Part shown: positions 1 through 8,902 of the stretch, one piece after another
Layout: the number at the start of each line of letters is the position of its first letter
Position numbering within the stretch: position 1 is the stretch's first letter
Source: an uncultured Pseudomonadales bacterium
GTDB taxonomy: Bacteria > Patescibacteriota > Microgenomatia > UBA1400 > PJMF01
Direction of reading: 5' to 3'
Assembly: GCA_964650185.1 (NCBI GenBank)
Contig: CAZYRN010000003.1
Location: 2,025-66,024, forward strand
DNA length: 64,000 nt
Notes under the pieces: generated by a model
Database searches by the model: none
Told to the model about the DNA's origin: nothing
The model's input: the letters and a program-made list of their open reading frames with translations, nothing else
Translations under genes and position numbers: made by a program

Positions 1-74
1 CTCATAGCTATAGCATACTTGATACCCCAAGTTTTGTCGACTAGAATCATCTGTTATACTGACTTTAGCAACAT

Positions 75-740
75 ATGAAAAGATTGTTTTTTTCTTTCGC
101 GTGGATATTCTTAACAGTTGGGGTTATGCTCACCAGCATTGCGGGCTATGAATATCTACTGATGCCTAAAGATGAAGTTGAACCTGACGCCTCATCTCAG
201 CAAATTCTGGGTGCCAGCCGCGATCGGCAACTCTTATCATTCCTAGATGAGAGCAACTCTAATACTGAAACCATTGTGGCAGCTCATGATGCTCGAGCAG
301 AGATTGTGGCTCGATTTTTGGAGAGATATAACTCACCTCTGACACCATATGATTATTACGGCCAGGTTTTTGTTGATCTAGCCGATGAGCATGATTTTGA
401 TTTTAGACTACTGCCAGCCATAGCCATGCAGGAAAGCAATTTGTGCAAAAGTATTCCCGAGGGTTCTTATAACTGTCTTGGCTTTGGTATTCATGAGCGG
501 GGCACTTTGGCTTTTGAAAGTTTTGAGGCAAATTTTGATCGAGCCGCCAGAGAACTGAAACTCTACTACATCGATCAAGGCCTGACCACACCCACCGCTA
601 TTATGACTAAATACACTCCGAGCAGTGACGGCAGTTGGGCAGACTCTGTTAATCAGTGGATGACGGAAATGCGCTTTAATGACCGTGAATTGGGTAGAGA
701 ACTAGATCACAATAATAGCGTCCTCGAGTTCACCAGATAA
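75..740 (+). CDS. membrane-anchored lysozyme-like / glucosaminidase-like protein
   Basis: N-terminal hydrophobic helix; LLPAIAMQES and YNCLGFG motifs resemble lysozyme-superfamily catalytic Glu region. Confidence 0.55.
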   Translation: MKRLFFSFAWIFLTVGVMLTSIAGYEYLLMPKDEVEPDASSQQILGASRDRQLLSFLDESNSNTETIVAAHDARAEIVARFLERYNSPLTPYDYYGQVFVDLADEHDFDFRLLPAIAMQESNLCKSIPEGSYNCLGFGIHERGTLAFESFEANFDRAARELKLYYIDQGLTTPTAIMTKYTPSSDGSWADSVNQWMTEMRFNDRELGRELDHNNSVLEFTR

Positions 741-801
741 GAAGGTTTTTTTTATTTCCCCGAGTAGTTTAGTCAATTAAACTGCTTTTTATTAGTCCAT
801 A

Positions 802-829
802 TTGACATTATTATAAGATATGATATTAT
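802..829 (+). promoter_or_regulatory. sigma70 promoter
   Basis: TTGACA 802-807, 16-nt spacer, extended -10 TGaTATTAT 821-829. Confidence 0.6.
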
Positions 830-835
830 TATAAA

Positions 836-913
836 TACCTCAGAAGGTGTCCCTCACCGGGGATGACGTTCTGAGTTAAAAGAGCCCCGCTTCGCAGTAT
901 GCGGGGTTTTTTT
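836..913 (+). ncRNA. candidate small structured RNA
   Basis: downstream of promoter; CTCAGAA..TTCTGAG hairpin, then CCCCGC/GCGGGG + T7 terminator; no credible ORF. Confidence 0.4.
885..913 (+). terminator. intrinsic terminator, possibly also serving tRNA-Leu on the minus strand
   Basis: CCCCGC-loop-GCGGGG followed by T run; A run on the other side. Confidence 0.7.
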
Positions 914-927
914 ATGGGAAAACTGCG

Positions 928-1009
928 TGCCACGGGTGGGACTCGAACCCACACGCCTCTCGGCACACGATTCTAAGTCGTGCTTGTCTGCCAATTCCAA
1001 CACCGTGGC
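928..1009 (-). tRNA. tRNA-Leu(TAG)
   Basis: reverse complement folds to a cloverleaf: GCCACGG/CCGTGGC acceptor, CT-TAG-AA loop, long variable arm, GGTTCGAGTCC. Confidence 0.95.
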
Positions 1010-1067
1010 TGGTGTTTGTAGATCATATTGTACCTTATTTTTTGTTAAGATAAGATGATAGCCGCTC

Positions 1068-1661
1068 ATGCATGACTATCAGCATCACACCCATCCTCGT
1101 TCTCGATCGATTAAGATCAGAGTTGAACCACCCGATCAAGTTATCGTGGTGACTCCTCAGCACGTTCCTAAGCGTAAAATTGATGATTTTGTTAAGCAAA
1201 GTGCGGTCTGGATTGACCGCCAGCTAGCCAAGTTAAAAGAAAAGAATAACTTTACTCTAACAGATAAGTTTGTGATGATCTTTGGCAAGAAGCATGACCT
1301 AGATACTCTTGATATTAGTCCTTTTAGTCAACTTGAATCTTATTTAAAGGCTACAGCTGAAAAATATTTGCGTCAGCGCACCCGCCAGTTAGCTGAAAAA
1401 ATGAAGATTAGTTACGGAAATCTAACTGTTCGCCGCCAGAAAACCAGATGGGGAAGCTGTAGCAGTGAAGGAAATCTCAACTTTAATTGGAGCCTGGTCC
1501 ACTATCCGACCGAGGTCATTGATTACGTTATTATTCACGAACTGGCCCACAGGCGCGAGATGAATCATTCTGCAAAATTCTGGGAAATTGTCCGTCACTA
1601 TGACCCAGCCTTTCAACAGCATCGCGGCTGGTTAAAAAGACACGGCGTCGCAATTGGTTAA
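1068..1661 (+). CDS. YgjP/DUF45 (M48/SprT-like) zinc metallohydrolase
   Basis: QKTRWGSCS, YVIIHELAH and NHS..FW motifs. Confidence 0.9.
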   Translation: MHDYQHHTHPRSRSIKIRVEPPDQVIVVTPQHVPKRKIDDFVKQSAVWIDRQLAKLKEKNNFTLTDKFVMIFGKKHDLDTLDISPFSQLESYLKATAEKYLRQRTRQLAEKMKISYGNLTVRRQKTRWGSCSSEGNLNFNWSLVHYPTEVIDYVIIHELAHRREMNHSAKFWEIVRHYDPAFQQHRGWLKRHGVAIG

Positions 1662-2110
1662 TCAACTCGGCCCACTACGTTAGCCATCAGCCAACCCTGC
1701 ACCAAATTCAATACTAAGCCCAGCACCACCGCAACTAGCCAAGAGCTGATACCCAGCCCAGCAATTAAAGCAAATCTCGCTACCAGCCACACCGCCCCGG
1801 CATTTAACACCCAGTACAAGGCTAGCCACTGCGTATTACTAAAGTTCAGCTGATACCAATTAGCCACCCATTCCACAATCGGAATAATTCCCACTGCCAT
1901 CAGTGCCACAATTGTCATCGAGTACAAAGCCCCTTGAAATGGAGTTAAGAGCTGGTTACCTAAGACAACAGCCTGGGGGAAAAACATATTTGCCACAATT
2001 ACGACTAAGGTATTCCCAATGATAAATGCAAATAACGCCGCACTGAGTTGGGCGAAAGAAGTCATGGGTTGCTCAAGCAATGGTTTCCTAATTACACGAT
2101 TTCTGGCCAT
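1658..2110 (-). CDS. four-helix membrane protein
   Basis: four hydrophobic segments; start uncertain (2110 or 2065). Confidence 0.7.
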   Translation of the reverse strand: MARNRVIRKPLLEQPMTSFAQLSAALFAFIIGNTLVVIVANMFFPQAVVLGNQLLTPFQGALYSMTIVALMAVGIIPIVEWVANWYQLNFSNTQWLALYWVLNAGAVWLVARFALIAGLGISSWLVAVVLGLVLNLVQGWLMANVVGRVD

Positions 2111-2180
2111 ACCCGCCTTTCATGATTTATTGAGTACTAATTTGATTAAGTTATATCATATCTTCTGCTATCATAACTAT

Positions 2181-2861
2181 ATGATGACCATTCTTCATGG
2201 AGAGAACACTGTTAAATCACGAGCCAGACTTGTAGAGCTGCTACAGGAAAAATCCGAGCAAGGAGCCGCGGTTGAAAGAGTCGAGGCTAAAACACTTGCT
2301 CGAGCTGAACTGGAAACTAAATTAGTTAAAACGGATCTGTTTGGGACGGAGCGGGTGGTGGTCATTGAAGAGCTGCACTCATTGCCAAAATCTCAGCGCA
2401 AAAATGAGTTGATTGAGCTAGCAGCCACTAGCAACACCGATTTAATTTTATGGGAAAAAAGATCTCTTACCAAAACGATGCTGAAAAAATTCCCCCAAGC
2501 AGAAGTGGAGGAGTTCAAGCTGAGCAACGCACTCTTTGGCTGGCTGGATACACTCCGGGGAAATGGCGGCCAGACCCAACAGCTAACCGCTTTACATCAA
2601 GCTTTGGCAGCTGAAGATGCATATCTCTGCTTAATCATGTTAGCAAGACAGGTGCGGCTACTGATAGAAATTAAAGATGGCAGTCAGCCAGCTGGACCAC
2701 CTTGGATGATGAAAAAAATGAGCCATCAAGCCGACTCATTTACCATGCCGCAGCTGCTGCAACTTCACTCGCGGCTACTGGAAATTGACCTGGCTCACAA
2801 AACATCTACAAACAACCTCGAACTGGATCAAGAACTTGATTTGTTAATTATTAACCTGTAA
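2181..2861 (+). CDS. holA: DNA polymerase III delta subunit (short CPR form)
   Basis: ILHGEN start, DLFG..RVVVIE, C-terminal LLEIDLAHKT; start moved to ATG 2181, 6 nt after TGcTATCAT. Confidence 0.75.
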   Translation: MMTILHGENTVKSRARLVELLQEKSEQGAAVERVEAKTLARAELETKLVKTDLFGTERVVVIEELHSLPKSQRKNELIELAATSNTDLILWEKRSLTKTMLKKFPQAEVEEFKLSNALFGWLDTLRGNGGQTQQLTALHQALAAEDAYLCLIMLARQVRLLIEIKDGSQPAGPPWMMKKMSHQADSFTMPQLLQLHSRLLEIDLAHKTSTNNLELDQELDLLIINL

Positions 2862-2960
2862 AGTGAAGAAGCTAATGAACACTTCATTAAATTGGTGCTT
2901 TTATTACTACAACTTCGATAGCAAACAAGACAAGTATTAATAAAATTGTTAGGAGCATCA

Positions 2961-4334
2961 ATGAAAATTACCCCCTCGATATTTAAGGATTACGATATTA
3001 GAGCAGTAGTTGATGAACAACTGGATTTAGCTGGAGTCAAACGAATTGGGCAAGGTTTGGTTGAACTATTTAAGCCGTCTCGAATCGCGGTGGGTTATGA
3101 TATGCGTAATTCCAGCCCCGAATGGAAAGAGGCTTTAATCTCAGGAATTACAACTCAAGGTGCAGACGTGATTGACCTTGGTTTAATTGCTACTGATATG
3201 ACTTATTTTGCTGCTGGGACACTTGATGTAGATCTAGCTGTGATGATTTCCGCTTCACATAACCCCCCTCAATTTAATGGCTTTAAAATTGTCAAACGAG
3301 GCGCGATTGGTGTCAGCGGTAACTCTGGTATTTATGAATTAAGAGATCTAGTTATTTCAGATCATGAATTTATTCCAGCAGCTCAATCAGGTTTGGTAAC
3401 TTCTCAAGATATCCTTGAAGATTGGGTTAATCATGCCATTTCCATGGTTGATGTGAAGCAGATTAAACCGCTTAAGGTTGTCATTGATGCCGGTAATGGC
3501 ATGGCTGGAAAAATTATTCCCGCCATTGAAGACCAACTACCAATTCAAGTAATCCCTCTATATTTTGAACTAGATGGAACATTTCCCAATCACCTGGCCA
3601 ACCCACTCCTACCTGAAACTTGGGATACAATTCAAGAGACCATTGCAGAAGAGAAAGCTGATCTTGGCATCATGTTTGACGGCGATGGAGACCGTATGTT
3701 TTTATTTGATGAACAAGGTAACTTTATTTCCGGAACCATTACCACAGCCATGGTAGCTGCTCAAATGCTCAAGAAATTCCCCCGTAGCACCATTCTTTAT
3801 AATGCTATCTGTGGTCGAGTTGTTCCAGAAACTGTTGCTAATTTAGGTGGCAAATCTCAACGTGTCAGAGTGGGCCATACCTTGATTAAAGAAGATATGC
3901 GCAAATATGATGGTCTTTTTGCAGGTGAACACTCTGGCCATTATTACTTTAGAGACAATTTCTCAGCTGATAGCGGCTTAATAGCTTCTCTGGTAGTTTT
4001 GGAGTTAATTAGTCAAGAAAATAAACGCATGTCGGAACTGGTGACTCAATTTGACCTTTACCCCAGCAGTGGTGAGATTAATTTCAGCGTTGAAGATAAA
4101 GCGGAAATGATGAAAGCTCTTGAAACAAAGTTTGCTGATGCTGAATCAAGTGACTGGCTCGATGGTGTTTCTATCTGGTATCCAACCTGGTGGGCAAATA
4201 TTCGCCCATCTAACACTCAGCCCGTCTTAAGATTAAATGTGGAAGCAGATAACCAACAGATACTTCAAGAAAAAACAGCAGAAATTAAATCATTTATTCT
4301 CAGTCATGGTGGTGAAATCGCAGAAGAACATTAA
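2961..4334 (+). CDS. manB: phosphomannomutase/phosphoglucomutase
   Basis: FKDYDIR, ISASHNP phosphoserine, FDGDGDR metal loop, GEHSGH; AGGAG RBS before ATG 2961. Confidence 0.93.
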   Translation: MKITPSIFKDYDIRAVVDEQLDLAGVKRIGQGLVELFKPSRIAVGYDMRNSSPEWKEALISGITTQGADVIDLGLIATDMTYFAAGTLDVDLAVMISASHNPPQFNGFKIVKRGAIGVSGNSGIYELRDLVISDHEFIPAAQSGLVTSQDILEDWVNHAISMVDVKQIKPLKVVIDAGNGMAGKIIPAIEDQLPIQVIPLYFELDGTFPNHLANPLLPETWDTIQETIAEEKADLGIMFDGDGDRMFLFDEQGNFISGTITTAMVAAQMLKKFPRSTILYNAICGRVVPETVANLGGKSQRVRVGHTLIKEDMRKYDGLFAGEHSGHYYFRDNFSADSGLIASLVVLELISQENKRMSELVTQFDLYPSSGEINFSVEDKAEMMKALETKFADAESSDWLDGVSIWYPTWWANIRPSNTQPVLRLNVEADNQQILQEKTAEIKSFILSHGGEIAEEH

Positions 4335-4352
4335 TAAGAAAGGACCTTTATC

Positions 4353-5429
4353 ATGTCACAAACTCGTCTCTTTGATTTTGCCGAGGCGATGGAAAAACTC
4401 GACAAATCCGGCAACATTAGCTCTATCGAACAATTGGGTGACCAGATTCAGCATGTCTGGGAGTTAGCTCAACAGGTTGAGTTTGACGACTCTTATCAAC
4501 AAGTAGATAAGGTCATCGTCGCCGGCATGGGCGGTTCTACCATTGGCACTCATGTTATTCAAACAGTTTTTAAAGATGAGTTGAAAGTGCCGGTCGTCGT
4601 CGCCAGTGACTACGATGTCCCCAATTACGTTGATGAAAATACCTTAGTCATTGCCTCTAGTTATTCCGGCAACACTGAAGAAACCCTGAGCGCCGTCAAA
4701 GATGCTCAGCAAAAAGGGGCGAAAATTGCCGGCATTTCCTCTGGTGGTAAGTTGGCTGATTTCCTCCACGAGCATCATTATCCCGCGCTAGTTTTTACAC
4801 CCACCTACAACCCGTGCGGCTCTCCTAGAATGGCCCTTGGTTACTCCGTTTTTGGCCAAATAGCTTTATTTGCCCAAGCCGGTTTACTGAAAGTGACGGA
4901 AGAAGATTATCAGCAGGTTTTGCAAACTATAGCGGAAGGCCAGTTAACCTCCAGCCGCCATGTCCCTCAGGAAGAAAACCCTGCCAAACTGTTAGCATTT
5001 AATCTACTCGAGAGAATTCCGGTAATTACTGTCGCTGAACATTTGGAAGGACCAGCTCATGTTTTTGCCAATCAAATTCATGAAAACTCCAAAACCTACG
5101 CCAGCTATCGCGTTATACCCGAGTTTAATCACTTTGGTTTAGAAGGTTTGCAGCATCCCGTTTCAAACCGCGACAATTTAATGTTTTTTGTCATTCATTC
5201 TGACTTGTACAAGGAGAATAATCAGCACCGGCTTAAATTAACCGAAGAAGCGGTAACGCAAAATCACATCGAGTACGTCCATCAAACTTTAACCGGTCCC
5301 ACCAAGCTGGCACAAGCATTTGAACTAATTTTGTTAGGCAGCTATACCAGTTATTACCTGGCCATTCTGAATCAGGTTGATCCAACTCCCAATCCTTGGG
5401 TGGATTGGTTCAAACAGCAGTTGGCTTAA
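4353..5429 (+). CDS. bifunctional phosphoglucose/phosphomannose isomerase (SIS fold)
   Basis: GMGGS, SSYSGNTEET, ENSK, PEFNH motifs. Confidence 0.88.
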   Translation: MSQTRLFDFAEAMEKLDKSGNISSIEQLGDQIQHVWELAQQVEFDDSYQQVDKVIVAGMGGSTIGTHVIQTVFKDELKVPVVVASDYDVPNYVDENTLVIASSYSGNTEETLSAVKDAQQKGAKIAGISSGGKLADFLHEHHYPALVFTPTYNPCGSPRMALGYSVFGQIALFAQAGLLKVTEEDYQQVLQTIAEGQLTSSRHVPQEENPAKLLAFNLLERIPVITVAEHLEGPAHVFANQIHENSKTYASYRVIPEFNHFGLEGLQHPVSNRDNLMFFVIHSDLYKENNQHRLKLTEEAVTQNHIEYVHQTLTGPTKLAQAFELILLGSYTSYYLAILNQVDPTPNPWVDWFKQQLA

Positions 5430-5501
5430 CTTGCTAACTGGTATAGTGGAGATAACTGGTATTACTGCTGAGATTAACAGTTAGTCTAGATAGGGGAGAC
5501 C

Positions 5502-6689
5502 ATGAGGCCTCAACCGATGTACATTATTCCGCTTTTAATCAAGCAACCCACTTGGGGCGGAAAATATATAGCCCAGTATAAAAAAATTCAGGATGAGGAA
5601 ACGCTGGCCGCTAATATTGGGCAAGCTTACGAGTTGGCCCAAGACTCTCTCTTGATAGATGAGCCGATTGATCTCAAGCCAGGTGATCAATTGCCTTATC
5701 AATTGGCTGAGGCAACAGATCTGGAACACCCGCACTGGTTTGGAAAAAAATACCGGACAATTTCCATGCCTGATTTAATTAAAAAAAATGTTAAAGATAT
5801 CTTGGGTGAAAAAGTAGCTGCCAAGATGAATAATCAGATGGCTGTTTTGAATAAGTTTACTCAAGCTCAAGAAAATTCTTACCAAGTCCACGTTCAGCCA
5901 GACCAAACTTTTGAGAAATGGCAGCCTAAACCTGAATCCTGGTATTTTTTTGAGCAGGGCAAAGCAACTCTGGGCTTGAAGACTAACGCTAATGTGCTGG
6001 CATATCAAAACCGGTGCACGGAAATTTATGAGTATTCACAAGAGTTAAGCCGACAAGTCCGAGAAGGAGAGCTGGATGTGGCTGCCGCCAGAGAAAAATT
6101 GGAGAAGTTTATCAATCATGATCATCCCCGCCATTACGTCAATACACTAGAGCTAAAAGCTGGACAGATTGTTGATTTAAGTGAGGGCGGGATTCACCAC
6201 TCATGGGAGGCAGATGCCAACTTCCCCAAAGGCAATATTGTATATGAGGTACAGCTGGATCAGCGTGATGATGTCAGCTCAATACGAGCTTTTGATCAAG
6301 GTAAAATCAAAGATGACGGCAGTGTCCGTCAACTGGCGATCGAGGCTTACTTCAAGGCACTAAATATCAATGCGGATGCAAACCTGCCAGATCAATACCT
6401 GCAGAGCCATGATTCATTTCAAGACGATGATGGCTTAATCACTCATCTATTTGACTGCGAACACTATCGCTTGACTATGATAGAGTTTGACAAAAATTAC
6501 GGGGGTTTAGAGACACAGCTGGATGATGAGTTTCATCATCTGTTTGTCAAAGAGGGAGAGGTGGAAGTGAGGTATGATGGCCGGCGCTGGTTGGTACCCG
6601 CTGGATGGTCGATTTTCATCCCGGCTGGCTGTCAGCAGTACCAGTTATCCAGTACCGCGCCGGCCGTGGTTCTAAAAACTACTGCTTAA
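5502..6689 (+). CDS. class I mannose-6-phosphate isomerase-like cupin
   Basis: PTWGG, SYQVH, KPESWY, GIHH putative Zn ligands, C-terminal cupin. Confidence 0.75.
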   Translation: MRPQPMYIIPLLIKQPTWGGKYIAQYKKIQDEETLAANIGQAYELAQDSLLIDEPIDLKPGDQLPYQLAEATDLEHPHWFGKKYRTISMPDLIKKNVKDILGEKVAAKMNNQMAVLNKFTQAQENSYQVHVQPDQTFEKWQPKPESWYFFEQGKATLGLKTNANVLAYQNRCTEIYEYSQELSRQVREGELDVAAAREKLEKFINHDHPRHYVNTLELKAGQIVDLSEGGIHHSWEADANFPKGNIVYEVQLDQRDDVSSIRAFDQGKIKDDGSVRQLAIEAYFKALNINADANLPDQYLQSHDSFQDDDGLITHLFDCEHYRLTMIEFDKNYGGLETQLDDEFHHLFVKEGEVEVRYDGRRWLVPAGWSIFIPAGCQQYQLSSTAPAVVLKTTA

Positions 6690-6727
6690 CTCTTTCTGCG
6701 GAGCTGAACTTACGCTACACTAGTTCT

Positions 6728-8902
6728 ATGGAGATACCTGCCCTAATTCCTTTGTCTGCCGCTGATGGCTATGCTCGATCAGAAATAGGCGAGAGCGCTT
6801 TCCTGTTACACCAGGCTGCAAAACTGAAAGTGCCAGTCGCTGATTCTGTGATTATTACCCAAGCGGCCTTAGAAAAGATTGCTAGTCAGGGTAATTTTGC
6901 CAAACAACTGGAAAAAGCACTCCTTTCTTTTTCATTTAAGTCAGATCAACTGCCAGCCGAACTGGAAAAAATCAAAAGACAAATCCGGCAATTTCATCTG
7001 CCAGCTCAATTGACTGCTCCAATTATCAATTGGTATCATCTCCAGCCAACTTTTGTTAGTGTTAGCACAGATTACAAAACTGATCACCAGCATCCGCTCA
7101 AGATTGAAAATATCAAGGGTGAAGCTAATTTAATTGAGAGCATCCTAGCCTTGTGGTCTGAACAGCTCCAGTTTGATCCTAAACTAAAACAGCTCAAACT
7201 TTATGCCGAGCCCATGCTGCTGCAGCGACAAGGACAACCGGAAATATCTGGTTACGTGGAAACTCGATCTGACTTAAGTAAAACTAAAGCTTATGTTTAC
7301 AGTGTGTGGGGAGTCTATCAGCCTTACCATCCTGAAATCATGGCCGATGAGGTGGTGGTCGACATTCGTACTAATCAAGTGGTGCAGCGCAAAAATCAGC
7401 TTCAGTACCTGAGCTTAGAAAGACGAACTGATCATCTTCAAGAAAAAGCCTTGCTTTACTACAAACAAGGCGAGCTCAGCATGACAGATGAGATTGCACT
7501 CGATCTAGCCAGCTCTGCTGCCAGCCTGAAACGAAAATTTTTCACTGACTGCCGACTTTATTGGTCTTATCAACAGCATCACTTGGTCATCACTGGTTTT
7601 GAACGACTGGACCCTGCTCAAACTGGAGTAGTTGCTGAACCCAATATTCTCCTGACTGGCGATAGCTTGCTTTCTGGAATTGTGGGCGGCAGAGTGGTAA
7701 CAGATCTGACTCCAAAAAATAAAATTGCGACCGGTGACGTTTTGGTGGTCACTGAACTAACTTCTAAACACGCTTTGCTGCTGAAAAAAGTCTCTGCTAT
7801 TGTCTGTGATCGCGGCATTAAATCTACCCTACTGGTCAAGCAGTTGAAAGAATATCACTTACCAGCGGTCGTTAACACCATTCATGCCACTCATAAACTT
7901 AAACCTGGGCAGTACGTGATTGTGAATGCTAACTCTGGAAAAATTTTACAGTCTCCACAGCCTTTGGCCAGCGATCATTCATCTGCCAGCACCAATATTC
8001 CCACCATTACCAAGGTTTATATTTCTGCGGGCAATCCCCATAAGGCTGAAAGCTATGTCACCTCAGCAGTTGATGGGGTGGGGGTGTTGAGAAGTGAGTT
8101 TACTTTTGCCAGATTTGGCGAACACCCACTTCATTTAATTAAATCGTCACGTCGCCATCAGTTAAAACAAGAGCTGAAGCAAGTTATTACCACTTATCAG
8201 CAGACTAGGTTAAATCTGCCCGTCATTTACCGGACACAAAACTTTACTACTCAGGAGCTGAGCTATCTCACGCATGCCAGCCGTTACGAACCGACTGAAA
8301 CTAATCCTTACTTGGGATTTAGGGGCGGCATTAAGATGATTAGTGAGTTTGAGCTGTTTGATTTTGAGTTGGAAGTAATTAGTGAAGTCTTAACAGACAG
8401 CAAAGCACCGCTGGCCATCTTGCTCCCCTTCATTAGAACTCCAGGAGAAATGAGGTTGGTAATGAATCGAATTGCCAAGCATCAACTCCAGCATCACCCC
8501 CACTTTGCTGTTTATCTGCAACTAAATACACCTGAAAATGTCTTACAGCTAAAACATTATTTTATACCTGGTTTAGCTGGCGTTTCCGTCAATAGCCGCA
8601 GCCTACATGCGTTGATGCACGGCATCGACCCGGATAATCCCGATCTTTACCGTCAATACGCTTACAACCTGCAGTTGATGGAAGAGCTACTCATTAGAGT
8701 GCAGCGGGTGGTACACACCGTTGACTTCCAGCCTCAGGCTCTCCAAACTAGACCGAAAATGTTTTTACACTTAGAAGATCCGAGCTTGGAACTAGCGGAA
8801 ATTGCGGCTAAACTCAACTATGACGCGATTACCGTCAAACCAGAATTTGCCCCACGGGTGAAATCACGTATTAGAGAACTCGAAGAACGAAGATATGGCT
8901 AG
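6728..8902 (+). CDS. PEP synthase-like protein with degenerate catalytic motifs
   Basis: three-domain PpsA layout; DGVGVLRSEF and ETNPYLGFRG retained, phospho-His motif absent; ATG 6728 is 6 nt after TACACT. Confidence 0.8.
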   Translation: MEIPALIPLSAADGYARSEIGESAFLLHQAAKLKVPVADSVIITQAALEKIASQGNFAKQLEKALLSFSFKSDQLPAELEKIKRQIRQFHLPAQLTAPIINWYHLQPTFVSVSTDYKTDHQHPLKIENIKGEANLIESILALWSEQLQFDPKLKQLKLYAEPMLLQRQGQPEISGYVETRSDLSKTKAYVYSVWGVYQPYHPEIMADEVVVDIRTNQVVQRKNQLQYLSLERRTDHLQEKALLYYKQGELSMTDEIALDLASSAASLKRKFFTDCRLYWSYQQHHLVITGFERLDPAQTGVVAEPNILLTGDSLLSGIVGGRVVTDLTPKNKIATGDVLVVTELTSKHALLLKKVSAIVCDRGIKSTLLVKQLKEYHLPAVVNTIHATHKLKPGQYVIVNANSGKILQSPQPLASDHSSASTNIPTITKVYISAGNPHKAESYVTSAVDGVGVLRSEFTFARFGEHPLHLIKSSRRHQLKQELKQVITTYQQTRLNLPVIYRTQNFTTQELSYLTHASRYEPTETNPYLGFRGGIKMISEFELFDFELEVISEVLTDSKAPLAILLPFIRTPGEMRLVMNRIAKHQLQHHPHFAVYLQLNTPENVLQLKHYFIPGLAGVSVNSRSLHALMHGIDPDNPDLYRQYAYNLQLMEELLIRVQRVVHTVDFQPQALQTRPKMFLHLEDPSLELAEIAAKLNYDAITVKPEFAPRVKSRIRELEERRYG

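Noticed and set aside
1-5. Possible leaderless start of a minus-strand gene leaving the window (TATGCT-N6-ATG)
   Set aside because: only one codon visible; cannot be called
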